Shown piece after piece: positions 62,759 to 64,000 of a DNA stretch of 64,000 bases. This DNA comes from Octopus bimaculoides. Its lineage: Eukaryota. Position 1 is the stretch's first letter. Each line of letters starts with the position of its first letter. The position numbers and the translations under genes were made by a program. Under the pieces are notes generated by a model. The model was not told the DNA's origin. It did not search any database and saw nothing but the letters and a program-made list of their open reading frames with translations. The stretch is from positions 40,399,423-40,463,422 of the forward strand of contig NC_068991.1 in assembly GCF_001194135.2 (NCBI RefSeq). The letters are read 5' to 3'.

Positions 62759-62962
62759 TTAGCTCTTTTGTTATTATATTTCTGTTAAAATATACTGCCT
62801 TAGTTTCAGTTTAGTAAAATAGCTTTGTCATCATTAAATTGGTGTTTGGAACATGAATTAACATGAAATTTTGATGGAAGATTTTAATTTAGGCCACTTA
62901 AAAACAGTTTGTATCATATAGAACCCGGGAAAGTCTTGGGTGGTTTATATCAAAGAAGTTAA
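62759..62962. mobile_element. TTAA-flanked MITE, family M2 (decayed)
   Basis: ttagctcttttgttattatatttctgtt...ttagtaaaatagctttgtcatcattaaattggtgtttggaacatgaattaacatgaaattttgatggaag...tatcaaagaagttaa. Confidence 0.65.
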
Positions 62963-63404
62963 TGGTAATTTTGACTTCCTCTACACTAGATATTATCCAT
63001 TTCTTCAATAAAATTATGCTGTGATAGGTTTTCTATGACTTTCTCATTGATTGTAGATGGATTATGAAAAAGATTTGTGAAGTACACCATCTCTTCAGAA
63101 ACACCTTCAGTATCATTAAAATAAATCCATCTTTGGAGAGGAACAGAAGTTGATTGGCAAGGACCAAATATATATTCTAAATGTGCTCTAAAGGAGACCT
63201 AAACATGCTCTCCATTGTTTTGGTATCTTTTTTTCAAAGGCCAGATAAATACCTGATGTGCTCAACCAGATGTATTCTTCATTACACAGGAATAGAACGT
63301 ATTAAATTAGAATTGTGAGATGAACACCCTAACCACTAGGCCACAAGTCTTCACACATATATGCACACACACATATGCTTGTGTGTGTATATATTATCAT
63401 ATAT

Positions 63405-63655
63405 ATCTATCTTGTTTCAATCATTGGACTACAGTTGTGCTGGGACACCATCTTGAAGGATTTAGTGAAATAAATTGATCCTATTATGTTTTAAGTCTGG
63501 TACTTATTCTATCTGTGTTAGGAAGGACATTGAGCTATAGAAATCATGCCAAAGCAGACATTCGATGACAATGCAGCTCTTGGGCCCATCGAATATTGTC
63601 AAACCACCCAACCAACCCACTACTACATAGAACATAGACATTTAATGATGATGAA
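63405..63655. mobile_element. Adjacent fragments: SINE family-1 3' part (-) and an RTE tail (+)
   Basis: cttgtttcaatcattggactacag...tctggtacttattctatc is joined to tgttaggaaggacattgagctatagaaa...atagacatttaatgatgatg. Confidence 0.55.
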
Positions 63656-64000
63656 ATAGCAAGCAGTACCATCTCCCTCATCTTATTCATCATGGAACCA
63701 AATCTACTGCTAACAGCTGCAGTGAAAGAATCCAAATGCCAATAATTTATTGTGGTACCTGCCAACCACTAATGAAAGGTTCTATGGATGACCTAATCAT
63801 ATCAATATTACAGTCTATGCAAATTTTGAAGACAATTGGTGATATGACAGCATGAGCCAAAATGAAGTTGAAGCCAAGGAATTCAAGAAATTTGAAAGTG
63901 ACTTGCAAGATTTTACTTTCATGTTCTGGGAGATGTCCTATCATCAACTGAGGAAAATAATAGAAAATGCCTAGATAAGTAGTATGATGCTTTTTCTATT

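Overview
AT-rich, repeat-dense animal genomic DNA with four N-gaps. The SINE, LINE and microsatellite content resembles an octopus (coleoid cephalopod) genome; this is an inference from recalled repeat families. The only host gene I can support is part of a plasma-membrane Ca2+-ATPase (PMCA/ATP2B) on the + strand. Four phase-1/phase-1 coding exons (12261-12455, 15656-15898, 30056-30181, 31126-31257/31269) encode the N-terminal cytosolic segment, TM1-TM2, the actuator domain with TGES, and the lysine-rich start of the first intracellular loop. The start exon lies upstream of the window. The next constitutive exon (KEKSVLQ.KL-like) was not found in the remaining ~33 kb. That long intron lies at the equivalent of vertebrate PMCA splice site A. 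It holds a strong candidate 36-nt in-frame microexon (40719-40754) with a branch point, an AG-free zone, UGC motifs and a downstream YGCY cluster, plus several long foldback hairpins. The introns contain RTE and CR1-like LINE remnants, several tRNA-derived SINE families, a terminus-complete 790-bp Helitron derivative, a Chapaev3-like element with TSDs, two Tc1/mariner relics and TTAA-flanked MITEs. Many repeat boundaries are approximate (tens of bp). Family names come from motif recognition, not from database searches.
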